Assembly (NCBI RefSeq): GCF_006345805.1
Contig: NC_042999.1
Span: forward strand, 14,880,001-14,944,000
Source of the DNA: Octopus sinensis
Taxonomy: Eukaryota
Length of the DNA stretch: 64,000 nucleotides
Direction of reading: 5' to 3'
This document shows positions 24,818 through 37,089 of this stretch, in pieces. Made by a program: the position numbers and the translations under genes. Numbering within the stretch: the first letter of the stretch is position 1; each line of letters opens with the position of its first letter. The notes beneath the pieces were generated by a model that worked only from the letters and a program-made list of their open reading frames with translations, searched no databases and was not told where the DNA came from.

Positions 24818-25211
24818 CTAGCAGTATCGCCCGGCGTTGCTCGGGTTTGTAAGGGAAATAACTATAACGCATTTTTAGAGAGTTATAGCCAAAAAAATAG
24901 CAAAAAATGCATTAAAAATGAAAAAAATATGATGGTAAATTTTTTTTTAAATCGTTGACTCATCGTAGACATTTTTAGAGAGTTACTTCCCTTATATTAA
25001 AAAAATATGCATTAAAATGGAAAAAAATGATGGTAAATTATTTTTAAAATCGTAGACTCATCGTAGACGCGCGCTAATACCCAGAAGGGCTCGATATGAA
25101 TCACGACTATAAGATACCCAGTTTTGGTTAAACTGCACCGCAAAATGTGGGAGTAGTTAGGAATCTAAATCGGAGTAGACAGACACACAACCTTACTTTT
25201 ATATATAAAGA
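24818..25211 (-). mobile_element. Complete non-autonomous Helitron (394 bp)
   Basis: 5' TC-TTTATATATAAAAG + GTCT microsatellite; 3' hairpin CCCG-agcaacgc-CGGG followed by CTAG; inserted in an AT dinucleotide, no TSD. Confidence 0.85.
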
Positions 25212-25231
25212 TTTGTATTTGTGTACATGAG

Positions 25232-25262
<31 letters not shown>

Positions 25263-26668
25263 TTTACAATCAGGATCCCTAAAATCTGTTGGAGATTAAA
25301 AAAGAAATATATTTATTTTTATCGTAAGCAACAACAAAAAAAAGTTGCTAACACGAACGACCAACACTGGCGGGCTAAGACTACGCGCCTTCACTAGTCA
25401 GTTAAGGTGAGACAGTGTCACGTGACAACTTGCTGGGACTGCCTGCTGGAGCCTAGTGGCAGGTATTTAAAGGGAAAAATTTGACAAGTCAGTCAGTCAC
25501 CGGCTGACACTTGCTGACGATACATCGAAGAAGCCAGGGAACAGAAGAAGGGGGGGGGGCACAACGTCAAAACGGTAGAGGAGTGGGGGCCGACACCGGA
25601 CATGGTTCCTCCTGATGATCTCTTGAGTTAACTGGATCCTATAAAGGAGCTGTTGTGGTAGCAGACCACGAAACACGGTTATAATTCCTAGTTTATATTT
25701 GTATTTGTGTATGTGAGAGTTTGTGTGTGTGTGTGTGTTTTACAATCAAGATCCCTAAAATCTGTTGGCGATTAAAAAAGTAATATATTTATTTTTATCG
25801 TAAACAACAACAATAAAAAAGTCGCTAATACAAACGACCAACACTGAGCTAATTCGAAACTTGTAGTTCTTGGAATAGGCATGATAGTAGTCGATGTTGT
25901 GAGTTTCTTGATATTAGCTGACCATTGTGTGTTGCTGCCACCGTGATCCATAGTTACAGTGGTGTCACAGTGCTATGGTCTTCTGCTGGTTCTTTGTTGT
26001 TGTTAAGCAACAAGACAGGTAAGGGTGATTAGATGATGGTCTAGGTATTAGGGGCAGAAGACCGCAGATCTTGGAAAAAAAAAAAAAAACTTTGGTCGTA
26101 TTGTTGTAGTCGAGGGCTCTTCGTTAACACCAGACACCACTGGGAGGTGGCTCTCGAAGTCGCTGGAAATGGAGATCTCCAGGTCCAAATTCTTGGACGG
26201 CTGCTGCTGGTTCTGCTACTGTCTGTTGACTACCGTTTCTGTGTCCAGTCTGCTGTCTACATGGACGGAATATATAGTGGTGGTTTTGCTTGGAAAAGTG
26301 AGCCGAATATAAAAATGTTGTTGAATCCGGTTCCATTTGAGTTTTGAATGGTAAGATTTTTTTTTTTTTGATGTTGGTAATATTCTTGTGAATCGAGATC
26401 GCATTCTTGAATTTTTGGTGTTCTTTAGATAGTGATCCAGGTTTGATTTCTGTATTTGGGAATTGTTAAATATCGCTGCTACACACACACACACACACAC
26501 ACACCACACACACACACACATACACATCGACTGAAAGAGTACAGGAAAATTGCAATATTTTGGGTTGACTGCCTTTTCAGTGTGAAGTGGACAGGAGGAA
26601 AATAAGAAAACTCAGCAGAGTTTTATATCATCTATGTTTGAGAGACTGTGTAAAATTGATGGGGAACA

Positions 26669-27292
26669 CATCATCATCATCGTCGTTTAACGTCCGCTTA
26701 CCATGCTAGCATGGGTTGGACGATTTGTCTGAGGACTGGTGAACCAGATAGCTGCACCAGGCTCCAGCCTTGATTTGGCAGTTTCTGCAGCTGGATGCCC
26801 TTCCTAATGCCAACCACTCCGAGAGTGTAGTGGGTACTGGCAATGATCTCACTCGAATTTTTTTACATATGCCAACGGCACAGGTGCCTGTAAGGCGACG
26901 CTGGTAATGATCCCGCTCAAATGGTGCCTCCTACAAGCCACCGGCACAGAAGCCAGTTAGCCGCTCTGGCAATGATCACGCTCGGATGGTGCTTTTAGCA
27001 CCCTACTAGCACGGGGCACAAGTGCCAATGAGGTGAAGCTGGCAACGATCACACTCGAATGGTGCCACTGGCACGGAAGCCAGTTTGCAGCTCTGGCAAC
27101 GATCACACTTGTATGGTGCTCTTAGCACCCTACTAGCATGGGGCACAAGTGCCAGTAAGGCGACACTGGTAACGATCACACTCGAATGGTGCCGTTTGTG
27201 TGCCACTGGCACGGAAGCCGGTTAGCCGCTCTGTCAACGATCACACTCTTATGGTGCTCGTGCCCGTCATTGAATTTCACTTTGATTTTGAT
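26669..27292 (-). mobile_element. RTE 3' UTR-only copy
   Basis: Same subfamily as 24163-24640. Confidence 0.8.
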
Positions 27293-27299
27293 GATAACG

Positions 27300-27715
27300 T
27301 GTATTTCATACTTAGACTGGAAGTAGTTGGAAAGAGAAAGAAACTAGTTTAGAGAAAGAAATGAAAGAGGAGAAACAAGTGAGGTTGAGAGGGAATTTTG
27401 AGGTGAGAGGGAAGTTGATGGATAAGAAAGGGATTACTGAATTAAGAGAAGGGTAGGAGTTGAAGGAAAACTGTCCATTTAAACTAGTTGCTCTAATGTT
27501 ATGTGGTCAGAGTTGGTGCATAAATAGCAGATGGTGGCTCGCACAAGCCGTTTTGAAGAAGAAGCAAAGACATGAAGAATGTGGAGGATTTCAGTAGAGT
27601 GATGCAACATCTTAGATGGATGATAATTTAGTTTGAAGCCAAACAGAATAAGGTTGAGTTGAAGACAGCATCCAAGAAGGTGAAAATGACTGCAGAAGCA
27701 GATATTTTGTTTTAA
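27300..27715 (-). mobile_element. Penelope-like element N-terminal ORF remnant
   Basis: FCSHFHLLGCCLQLNLILFGFKLNYHPS resembles the SHxxFLxxCxxxxLIPxGFxL N-terminal motif of PLE ORFs. Confidence 0.5.
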
Positions 27716-27739
27716 AAGAAAAGTGGAATATCATAATTA

Positions 27740-27969
27740 TTTCTTTACTACCCACAAGGGGCTAAACATAGAGGGGACAAACAAGGACAGACATAGGTAT
27801 TAAGTCGATTACATCGACCCCAGTGTGTAACTGGTACTTAATTTACCGACCCCGAAAGGATGAAAGGCAAAGTTGACCTCGGCGGAATTTGAACTCAAAA
27901 CGTAGCGACAGACGAAATACGGCTACGCATTTCGCCCGGCGTGCTAACGTTTCTGCCAGCTACGCCGCC
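27740..27969 (-). mobile_element. SINE family B, single copy
   Basis: Same as 8212-8442. Confidence 0.85.
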
Positions 27970-28109
27970 CGTGGAATATCATAATGCCATGTGGTGATAT
28001 TGAAAAGAGAAGAAGAAATAAGATACCTTTTCATGGTGTGAAGAATTTGATTGATATATCAGATGAAAAAATAAATACAAGGAAACTAGTTGTGATTTGC
28101 AGCAGTAGT

Positions 28110-28455
28110 GGAGGTGCAATGGCCCAGTGGTTAGGGCAGCGAACTTGCAGTCGGAGGATTGCGGTTTTGATCCCCAGACCAGGCATTGTATATGTTTATT
28201 GAGCAAAAACATCTAAAGCTCCATGAGGCAGGGGGTGGTGGCGACCCCTGTTGTACTCTTTCGCTCCAACTTCCTGTTTCTTGTCCCCGACTTCCTACGC
28301 AACCGCTGAGCCTGGATGCGCATTCATCCATCCATCAATGCTCTCGGTGTCGGGGGTTGACCTGCTTTCTCTTCTGCGGGTTTTATGAATAGCAAAGGAC
28401 CACGTTTCGGACTTCTCCCACTAATGGGATGAAGACCGATTAACTCAACAAACAA
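28110..28455 (+). mobile_element. tRNA-derived SINE family C
   Basis: Head GGAGGTGCAATGGCCCAGTGGTTAGGGCAGCG with B-box-like GGTTTTGATCCC; (AAAC)n tail. Partial minus copy at about 12755-12918. Confidence 0.75.
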
Positions 28456-28689
28456 ACAATCTGCAGCAGTAAGACTTGTGAATGACATGTACTCACAAGT
28501 CCCACTTGTTATTTTAATTTAATGCCTTTTGAATTGCATACACCAAGTTTTTATTCAACTCGGTGGCTATTCACTATATCAGAGGGGGACAGACTTTTTC
28601 GGTATATGACTAGCGAATAATCATCAGGGAATCGTAATATTGCAATTGAATATGTTCTTATCACCAAAGATGTTGATTATTGAGTGAGG

Positions 28690-29220
28690 GAGTTATGAGA
28701 GAACGAGGGACATTAACTTCCATCTTATACCCTCCATCAGGCATTTGCCATATTCTGAATGCCTTACTTCCCTGGGCATGGAGACATTGAAACTCTGACG
28801 TCTGGCAGCTGACTTGGCAGACACCCATAAAATTATCAACCATCTTACTAACAATAACTCTGAGCACCTTTTCAAACTCCACCTGTCTAACACCCATGGA
28901 CATGTTTACAAAGTCAGAAAACAGCACAGCCCCCATGACTTTCGGAAACATTTTTTCATGCTAAGAGTTGCTGAAGTATGGAACAAACTGCCGGCATCAG
29001 TTGTTAGTTGTCGGAGCACTGCATCCTTCAAAACTTCCATGCTTCCTGAGATTCGCCAACACTACACCTGATTTTCTCCCCTCCATACACACGCAAGCAT
29101 GTGTCTGACTCATACACTGTTCGCTTCCCAGACATTTGTACATTACTGCATATGCTTTAAACGCACTTTTGACAAGTTGTGGTGCACCTTAGCACTGTAT
29201 ACAATAATTTCATTATTATT
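28690..29220 (+). mobile_element. CR1/L2-clade LINE 3' end
   Basis: LAADLADTHKII...RKHFFMLRVAEVWNKLP..VV...TASFK motif; (ATT)n tail. Related minus-strand copy at about 9100-9410. Confidence 0.85.
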
Positions 29221-30363
29221 ATAGTTCATAATCTTCAATATTTATTTTAGTGGTGAAGAATTTCTCCAAAATTGTTTGGTGTTTATGGTGCATCAACTCT
29301 TTGTATAGTGCAGCATAAAGACTGAAGTGATAGTAAACCCTTGTAATTTTTATGTTAAGCTCACGATTAGGGCTGCTATCAGCAAAAACTTGCAGACCTT
29401 GTCCTATAAAGGCCAACCCTTTTAACAATATATATTGCAATTCATTTAGGTAGAGTTGGTAGAATTTCCATTTTTCCTTTTGTATTCTCAGTTTTCTTTT
29501 GTTCTAACAAAATCAGCCCCTTTGTTAGATATGTATTCTCTTTAGGGCACTAAAGACCCAACCACATCTTCCTTTATGATTTCTTCAAACTCTGCATCAT
29601 TTGCAACCATCACAGTAGTTTGGCGAATTTGACAGGCACCAAGGGATTTCCTCAGGGAGTCCTTGTGCCTCTTCTTTCATACTCTTCTATCACGGAGACC
29701 AGAGAAGAGTTAGCTATACAGTGTAAATTTGGGAGATCGATGATCCTCAATTTTGGGGATGCGTCCTGCCTAGCACAGCTGTGATTTCAACAAGGTTGCT
29801 TTGATGCTGGTGACCTTTACTGGCTCAAGGATCTCCTTAAGTTGCAGTGACATAAACACACCAATACCAGTTGTGGGGCGACAAACAGACACAAACACAC
29901 ACAACGGGGTTCTTTCAGCTTCTTTCTACTAAATCCACTCACAAGGCTTTGATAAGTCTGAGGCTATAGTAGAAGACACTTGCCCAAGGTGCCATGCAGT
30001 GGGACTGAATTGAGGACCATATGGCTGGTAAGCAAAACTACTTACCACACAGCCACCAGCCACATCTGTACTTTATACAATTTCATTGCAGAATAGATAT
30101 TCTATTTCATTTGAATGTGAAAGCAAAAAAAATGTGGTGTCATAAATGAATGTTTAGAATTTCTTCATTGTTAATGAGAAAAGAAATATTTTTTTTAGAT
30201 ATCAAAATACATATTTATCATGCTTACAATGAATATTGGATCATGACTAACTCGAGTATTGCTGCAAACAGGTTTGACAAAATGTATGAGAATATTTAGA
30301 CACATATGAATGCCTATATGAATAAGTAGTGGAGTGTATAGTTCTATAAAAATTATTTTAATA

Positions 30364-31030
30364 ATCTCTATATATAAATGGCAAAATGTCTGTGTGTGTG
30401 TGTGTATCCTTTACACAAATCCACAATTTTTCAGTTAGAGGGCTCACACTTTCTATGGTCATTCAAAACCGTCCAAGGGTGGTCGTGCACATCTTTACAT
30501 TTCCCCAGTCACCCCGCAAAGCCATTAAAAAATCAAGTAATTTTTGGTAAATTTTCTATCCAAAACCCAATCAAAATGCCCAAAACTTGATATGCCAATT
30601 GAATGCCAGCTAGCTGTATGTGACTGGTCGGAGATTTGGACAGTACTCGTGTGTACGTGTGCATGCACGCAGCTGTATATGCATGCACTAGCACTATGAC
30701 CTGGCGTTGCTGGGTCATAGTGCTAGTAGACTGTATTTGGCTGGTTGTCACAACAGTGATGGCAGTTGAAGCAGCAGTCTCTCATGCTGAAGAGCTTGTT
30801 GCAAGGATTCGAAGCTAGATCCTTGGATATGCAGTCAGATATCATGACTGAACCAAAACAGTTTCACATGATCAGTCTATTAAGCAACCTGTTGGCATCG
30901 AACCAATGCATGATTTGATCTTCTAAAATGTTCTTCTTGTGCCTAATAAAAGGCCGCTTTCAGAGGTAATTTCAGAATGTTGAGGCAGCTGTGCAATGCA
31001 TCTCCATTTTTGCCACAGTTAGACAACCTA
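30364..31030 (+). mobile_element. Probable non-autonomous Helitron-like element, 5' part
   Basis: A-TCTCTATATATAAATGGCAAAATGTCTGTGTGTG start; 30855-31030 is also present at about 10170-10350. Confidence 0.5.
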
Positions 31031-31039
31031 GGCCCAAGG

Positions 31040-31637
31040 CAGCAAGCTGGCAGAGGCGCTAGCACGTCAGGCGAAATGCTTAGTGGTATTTCGTCTGCAG
31101 TTACATTCTGAGTTCAAATTCTGCTGAAGTCGACTTTGCCTTTCATCCTTTCGGGGTCGATTAAATAAGTACCAGTTACACACTGGGGTCAATGTGATCG
31201 ACTTAATCTGTTTGTCTGTCCTTGTTTGTCCTCTCTGTGTTTAGCCCCTTGTGGGTAGTAAAGAAATAGGTATTTCGTCTGTCGCTATGTTCTGAGTTCA
31301 AATTCCGCTGAGGTCGAATTTGCATTTCATCCTTTCGGGGTCGATTAAATAAGTACCAGTTACGCACTGGGGTCGATGTGATCGACTTAATCTGCTTGTC
31401 TGTCCTTGTTTGTCCTCTCTGTGTTTAGCCCCTTGTGGGTAGTAAAGAAATAGGTATTTCGTCTGCCGCTACGTTCTGAGTTCAAATTCCGCCGAGGTCG
31501 ACTTTGCATTTCATCCTTTCGGGATCCATTAAATAAATACCAGTTACACACTGGGGTCGATACAATCGACTTAATCCAATTGTCTGTCCTTGTTTTGTCC
31601 TTTCTATGTTTAGCCCCTTGTGGGTAGTAAAGAAATA
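31040..31637 (+). mobile_element. SINE family B (Meta/Sauria-like central domain) with body repeated three times
   Basis: Head GCTGGCAGA, B-box GAGTTCAAATTC, domain GTCGACTTTGCCTTTCATCCTTTCGGGGTCGAT; units start at 31085, 31269, 31453 (184 bp). Confidence 0.85.
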
Positions 31638-33372
31638 GACAATCCAGACCCAATCTGAGTCTATATATGCTGTGGGTTGCTATCAATAAATACATGCTAC
31701 CCACAAAGTATTGATTTGCATGGAAACTTATAATAGTGTTTTGACAGTCCTGGGTAGAGCCACCATCATCATCATCATCATCGTTTAACGTCCGTTTTCC
31801 GCGCTAGCACGGGTTGGACGGTTCGACCATGTAGAACAGAAACTAGCAAAACCTGTTCTCTACAACTTTTGCACCTGCCTATGGTGCACACGCGTACATA
31901 TACACAAACACTGCAACCCAACGTAAATCAGATTTTTTTTACCCTCTTTTTTACTTTTTAACTAGACACACATCAGAGGTTTGCAACAGCTTGTCAAATT
32001 TCAAATTTCAAGTTTTTATTACCCTTACTAGCATGGGAAACGGCCGTTAAATAATGATGATGATGACGATAATAATGATTATGAAAATGCAAACACACAA
32101 TGACAAACATGTTTACAACGTATATAAATACATTAGAGCATAAAAGATATATGGTTGAGCAGCTGTAACAAAGATCATAACTGGAGATAAGATGTCAAGT
32201 ACACTTTGTGTGCCAGGTGGCACACACTGTGGTACTCCTGATCAAATGGAATGGTCTTGATTGGAATTCTGTTGATCATAGGTCTCCTCAATCAAGGTTG
32301 CTTTGTTGGTTAAATAATAAACATGCTTAAATATTAGTTTCGTATTTTGGCACAATGCCGGCAATTCTGGGGGAAGGGTTGATGCTCAACTGGTACTTAA
32401 TCTATTGACCCTGAAAGAATGAATGGCGAAATCAACCTCAGCAGGATTTGAACTCAAAATGTAAAGACATGAAACGCCGCTAAGTATTTTGCCCAGTGTG
32501 CTAACAATTCAGCCACCTCTCTGCCTACAGTGTACATAAATATGCTTTTCTACTCAAGGCACAAGGCCCAAAATTTTTGGAGAGTGGGGGGCAGTCAATT
32601 AGATAGACCCTAGTATGCAACTGGTACTTAATTTATTGACCCCCAAAAGGATGAAAGGCAAAGTCGACGTCAGTGGAATTTGAACTCAAAATGTGATGAC
32701 AGACGAAAGTATACATAAATACTAACAACAACAACAACAATAACAGTTATGTACTTTGTTAATATCGAATGGTTAAGAACTCTTTGCTTTGAGCCCTCAG
32801 CTCTTGATAAAATCATATGTGACCTGTATTGTAGCTAGGGGAGGAGCAAATGAGGAGGTTTTCCCTGGGTGAGATTTTTATGGGGGCAGCACTTTTGGCT
32901 TAGCTGTAAAAGTCTGTATTGGCTTGGGTCACCCTCCAGGCCTTTCCACAGTCAGACAGGGGGGAGGGAGGGAGAAAGAGAGAGAAAGAGAGAGAGAGAG
33001 AGCAGGCATGACTGTGTGGAAAGAAATTCACTTCCCAACCACATGGTTCTGGGTTCAGCCCCAATGCATGGCACCCACGTCAAGTGTCTTCTGCTATAGC
33101 CTCAGGCTGACCAAAGCCTCGTGAATGGATTTAGTAGACAGAAATTGAAAGAAGCCAGTTGTATGCATATAAATTTTTCTTATTAGGGTCATTAGCCTGA
33201 GGCTATGCTGAGGCCCTCCTGTCCCTGTCCATTTTCTTGCAAATTATTGTTTTTTTAAAAGTTTTTCTGCCACGTTTTTTGGATATGGAGACTTCAGAAA
33301 ATTGCCAAAAATTGGAATTTTGAAATTGTTTGCCCCCCACCACTGATTTCTTCATTTTTCACATTTTTGTGT

Positions 33373-33457
33373 AACCCTAACCCGAAACCCCCCACCCTAA
33401 CCCTAACCATAAAACCTTAACCCTAAAACCTAACCCTAACACCCTAACTCTAAAACC
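33373..33457. repeat. Degenerate interstitial telomere-type (CCCTAA)n repeat
   Basis: TAACCCTAACCCGAAACCC...ACCCTAACCCTAACC...AACCCTAAAACCTAACCCTAACACCCTAAC. Confidence 0.8.
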
Positions 33458-35166
33458 AGTAGAGAGAAAGGTTTCATACAAGACATAAGAGAGGTGGGGG
33501 GGTGAAGCAAGGAGAGGAGCGGGAGGGGGAAGAATGCGCTCCCCCCTCTCACTCCACCAACAAGGGATGCAGGGGGGGGGGCGAGGGGAGGGCTGATACC
33601 CTAAGTAGAAAAATTTTTGGAAATTTTTTCAAAATCATAATCTCCATATTTTCCCGCATATTTGAAAAAAAAGAAAAAATTTGAAAAAAGTTAAAAATGA
33701 AGAATTTAGTGGGGGAGGGGGGGTAATTTCAAACTGCCGATTTTTGCCAATTTTTTTGCAGATACGTATTCTCCGCAGCCGAAAAAAATTAAATAAAAAA
33801 AGGAGTGTTTTTTGGTGGGTAGGGTCTTAGCGAGTTTTGTTTTTAGTCGATTGAAACAACCTACTACTTTTTTTAAAGCCTAATTCTTTTTAATATTGGT
33901 CTCTTTTACTGAACTGCTAAATTATGGGGATGTAAACAAACCAACATCAACTGTCAAGCGGTGGGGGGGCGGAGACAGAGACACACATCCGGTGATGGTG
34001 TGTTTACCTTCCTATAACTTAGCAGTTCTAGGAAAGAGATCGAAAGCTTTAGAAAAAATAATAAGTACTGGGGTCGTTCGTTCGACTAAAATTCTTCCAG
34101 AGGGTGCCCCAGTATGACCGCAGTCTAATGACTGAAACGGGTAAAAAAAATACAAGTAAACAAAAGTACAGGAATCTCTAATGTGGTCTCCAAACTCGCT
34201 GCAGTCAAATTACAAACGTAGCTAGAGTATGTTCCACCCGCCGTGGCCCTTCCGTTTGCCACCCCAGGACCCCAGAAAAATTACATATTGCCTTTAGCTG
34301 ACCCAAAAATATCATCTCTTTAAAAGTGTCGCCCGAGATGGACCTAGTGAGTCAGACATTCTTTTCTACACTAGACACAAGGCCCGAAATTTTTGGGGAG
34401 GGGGCCAGTCGATTAGATTAACCCCAGTACGCAGCTGATACTTAATTTATCGACCCTAGTGAATCAGATATTACTCAAATTATGTAACTCAGATGCAAGC
34501 CTAAAGAGACAGTGTATGGTAGGTGGTGGTCGCGGCTAGAAGGGCAACCAATATGTATAGGCGAGTATTTAGGCGGTGAGCTAGCAGAATCGTTAGCACG
34601 CCCTGCAAAATACTTGGGGGTCAAGTGTCAAATTCTGCAGAGTCGACTGTGCCTTTCATCCATTCGAAGTCGATAAAATAAGTATCCCCAGAGAACTAAA
34701 TCGATGTAATTAACTCCACCGAAATTGCTGGCCTTGTGCCAAAATTTGAAATCAGTAAGTATTAGTTTGCGTATAAAATACACGAAGAAAAAAAAATCAA
34801 AAACATTGAATGAAAAGAAATTTTTAAAAAAACCCACTTCAATATTTGTTATATAAATTTCTTTTCAAAGTTCGTGAAAAAAAAAAATTAATGTTAACGT
34901 CACTGACGTTAACAAACTATTTTTACTCTGTACATGTGAACAATCAAAACATTTTTTAGTTATTATTGTAAGTAACATTAAAACAGCTGACGACAAAAAA
35001 TTAAAAAAAAACAGAAAACAGAAAGAAAGGAAAAGAAGGAAAAACAAAAAAAAAGAAAGAAAGAAAAAGAAGAAAGAAAGAAAGAAAGACGTAAGAAATA
35101 TTTTCGTCAGAACATTTCTGAGAAAGAGCGACTGGGTTTTTTTCTTGGTAAAGCGAAGAAACTTAC

Positions 35167-35215
35167 CGGCGGTAGACGTATCTGAAGTTGCGTGTAAAGT
35201 CGGGAAAGAAACTTT
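35167..35215 (-). other. Putative non-coding first exon of the kinase gene (5' boundary approximate)
   Basis: Strong donor CCG|GTAAGT (35161-35166 on +: acttac) in a unique, locally CpG-enriched stretch. Coding exon 1 starts at an acceptor, so an upstream exon is required. Confidence 0.55.
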
Positions 35216-35229
35216 TCGACAGAGACACT

Positions 35230-35420
35230 CCTATATATATATAGTTGGATGATAAAGAGAAACTGGCTCGTGTTTCATTCATGTATTCACCCCCCACACA
35301 CACAAGAAATTTTGCACACGGCGCGGCTCGCGTAAAAATGAATAAATAAAAAAAACGTTTATATATTTGCACACGGCGCGGCTCGCGTAAAAATGAATAA
35401 ATAAAAAAACGTTTATATAT
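35230..35420 (-). promoter_or_regulatory. Putative kinase promoter: TATA-like run, IRF/ISRE-like AAAGAGAAACT, duplicated 55-bp CpG-containing unit
   Basis: TATATATATATA at 35232-35243; AAAGAGAAACT at 35254-35264; TTTGCACACGGCGCGGCTCGCGTAAAAATGAATAAATAAA present twice (35311, 35366). Confidence 0.4.
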
Positions 35421-35436
35421 ATATATATATTATATA

Positions 35437-35477
<41 letters not shown>

Positions 35478-35508
35478 TATATACGTTTTTATATATATAT
35501 ACATATAC

Positions 35509-35556
<48 letters not shown>

Positions 35557-35608
35557 ATATGTGTATATGTACATATACGTTTAAATGTATATATGTATAT
35601 ACACATAT

Positions 35609-36460
35609 AAGGAGTGGCTGTGTGGTAATTAGCTTGCTAACCAAACACATGGTTCCGGGTTCAGTCCCACTGCGTGGCATCTTGGGCAAGTGTCTTCTGC
35701 TATAGCCCCGGGCCGACCAATGCCTTGTGAGTGGATTTGGTAGACGGAAACTGAAAGAAGCCTGTCGTATATATGTATATATATATATAAGTGTGTGTGA
35801 ATATGTTTGTGTGTCTGTGTTTGTTCCCCTAGCATTGCTTGACAACCGATGCTGGTGTGTTTACGTCCCCGTCACTTAGCGGTTCGGCAAAAGAGACCGA
35901 TAGAATAAGTACTGGGCTTACAAAGAATAAGTCCCAGGGTCGATTTGCTCGACTAAAGGCGGTGCTCCAGCATGGCCGCAGTCAAATGACTGAAACAAGT
36001 AAAAAGAGTAAAAAAAAAAGAGTATATATATATATATATACATATACGTTTAAATGTGTATATGTATATACACATATAAGGAGTGGCTGTGTGGTAATTA
36101 GCTTGCTAACCAACCACATGGTTCCAGGTTCAGTCCCACTGCGTGGCATCTTGGGCAAGTGTCTTCTGCTATAGCCCCGGGCCGACCAATGCCTTGTGAG
36201 TGGATTTGGTAGACGGAAACTGAAAGAAGCCTGTCGTATATATGTATGTATATATATGTATGTGTGTGTGTGTTTGTGTGTCTGTGTTTTTCCCCCCTAG
36301 CATTGCTTGACAATCGATGCTGGTGTGTTTACGTCTCCGTCAAAAGAGGTTCGGCAAAAGAGACCGATAGAATATGTACTGGGCTTACAAAGAATAAGTC
36401 CTGGGGTCGATTTGCATTGCCGCAGTCAAATGACTGAAACAAGTAAAAGAGTAAAGAGTA
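35609..36460 (+). mobile_element. Two tandem SINE family A copies
   Basis: Heads at 35611 and 36080 with the same upstream flank. Confidence 0.9.
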
Positions 36461-37041
36461 TATTTTTTAGTATAACACCTACGCAAATACCATAAACAAA
36501 CCTTTCAATAGAAGTGTTAATCTGTAATTTTACCGAAATGTTTTCCTGAATTGAACTGCAACTGCTAGCCGCCACTGACCATTCAAAATACGACCATCAA
36601 GGCACTCCCAAATTTTTCCACCCCCTCTCCTCATCAACATTCTTCTTCTTCTACCCTACCAAGAATTCACAACTGCCTCGAACACACAAGTGCAAACAAG
36701 GGAGACAGAGAAAGGCAGAATGCCACTTATATTTGAACACTATACAAATATTCCTTTAAAAAAACTTTTCTTCTAATTTTTCTAAATTTAATTATTTAAT
36801 CGTTACAGTTGAAAAGGTCTCAAAATGACCGAAACCGGTACTGAAATGTTCTTTATAAAATATTTTAGCATTTTCTATTTGACTGGTTTTTTCCATATAT
36901 ATTATATATATATTATATTATATTATATATATATATATATATATATCATATATATATATTATATATATTACATGGATGTTTGTTGTCCCTTTTTGTATCA
37001 CCTAGCTGTCAGATGTTTTGCGTTTTTGTCCCATTTTGATT

Positions 37042-37084
<43 letters not shown>

Positions 37085-37089
37085 GATTA

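Noticed and set aside
28110-28185. tRNA-like sequence
   Set aside because: It is the head of a SINE, continues into SINE body, recurs at 12.8 kb and lacks a convincing acceptor stem.
33373-33457. True telomere or chromosome fusion site
   Set aside because: Short, degenerate, one orientation only, and embedded within an inverted-repeat element inside the gene.
36480-36860. Possible divergent plus-strand gene start
   Set aside because: Unique-looking sequence, but I found no donor site or downstream coding exon to support it.
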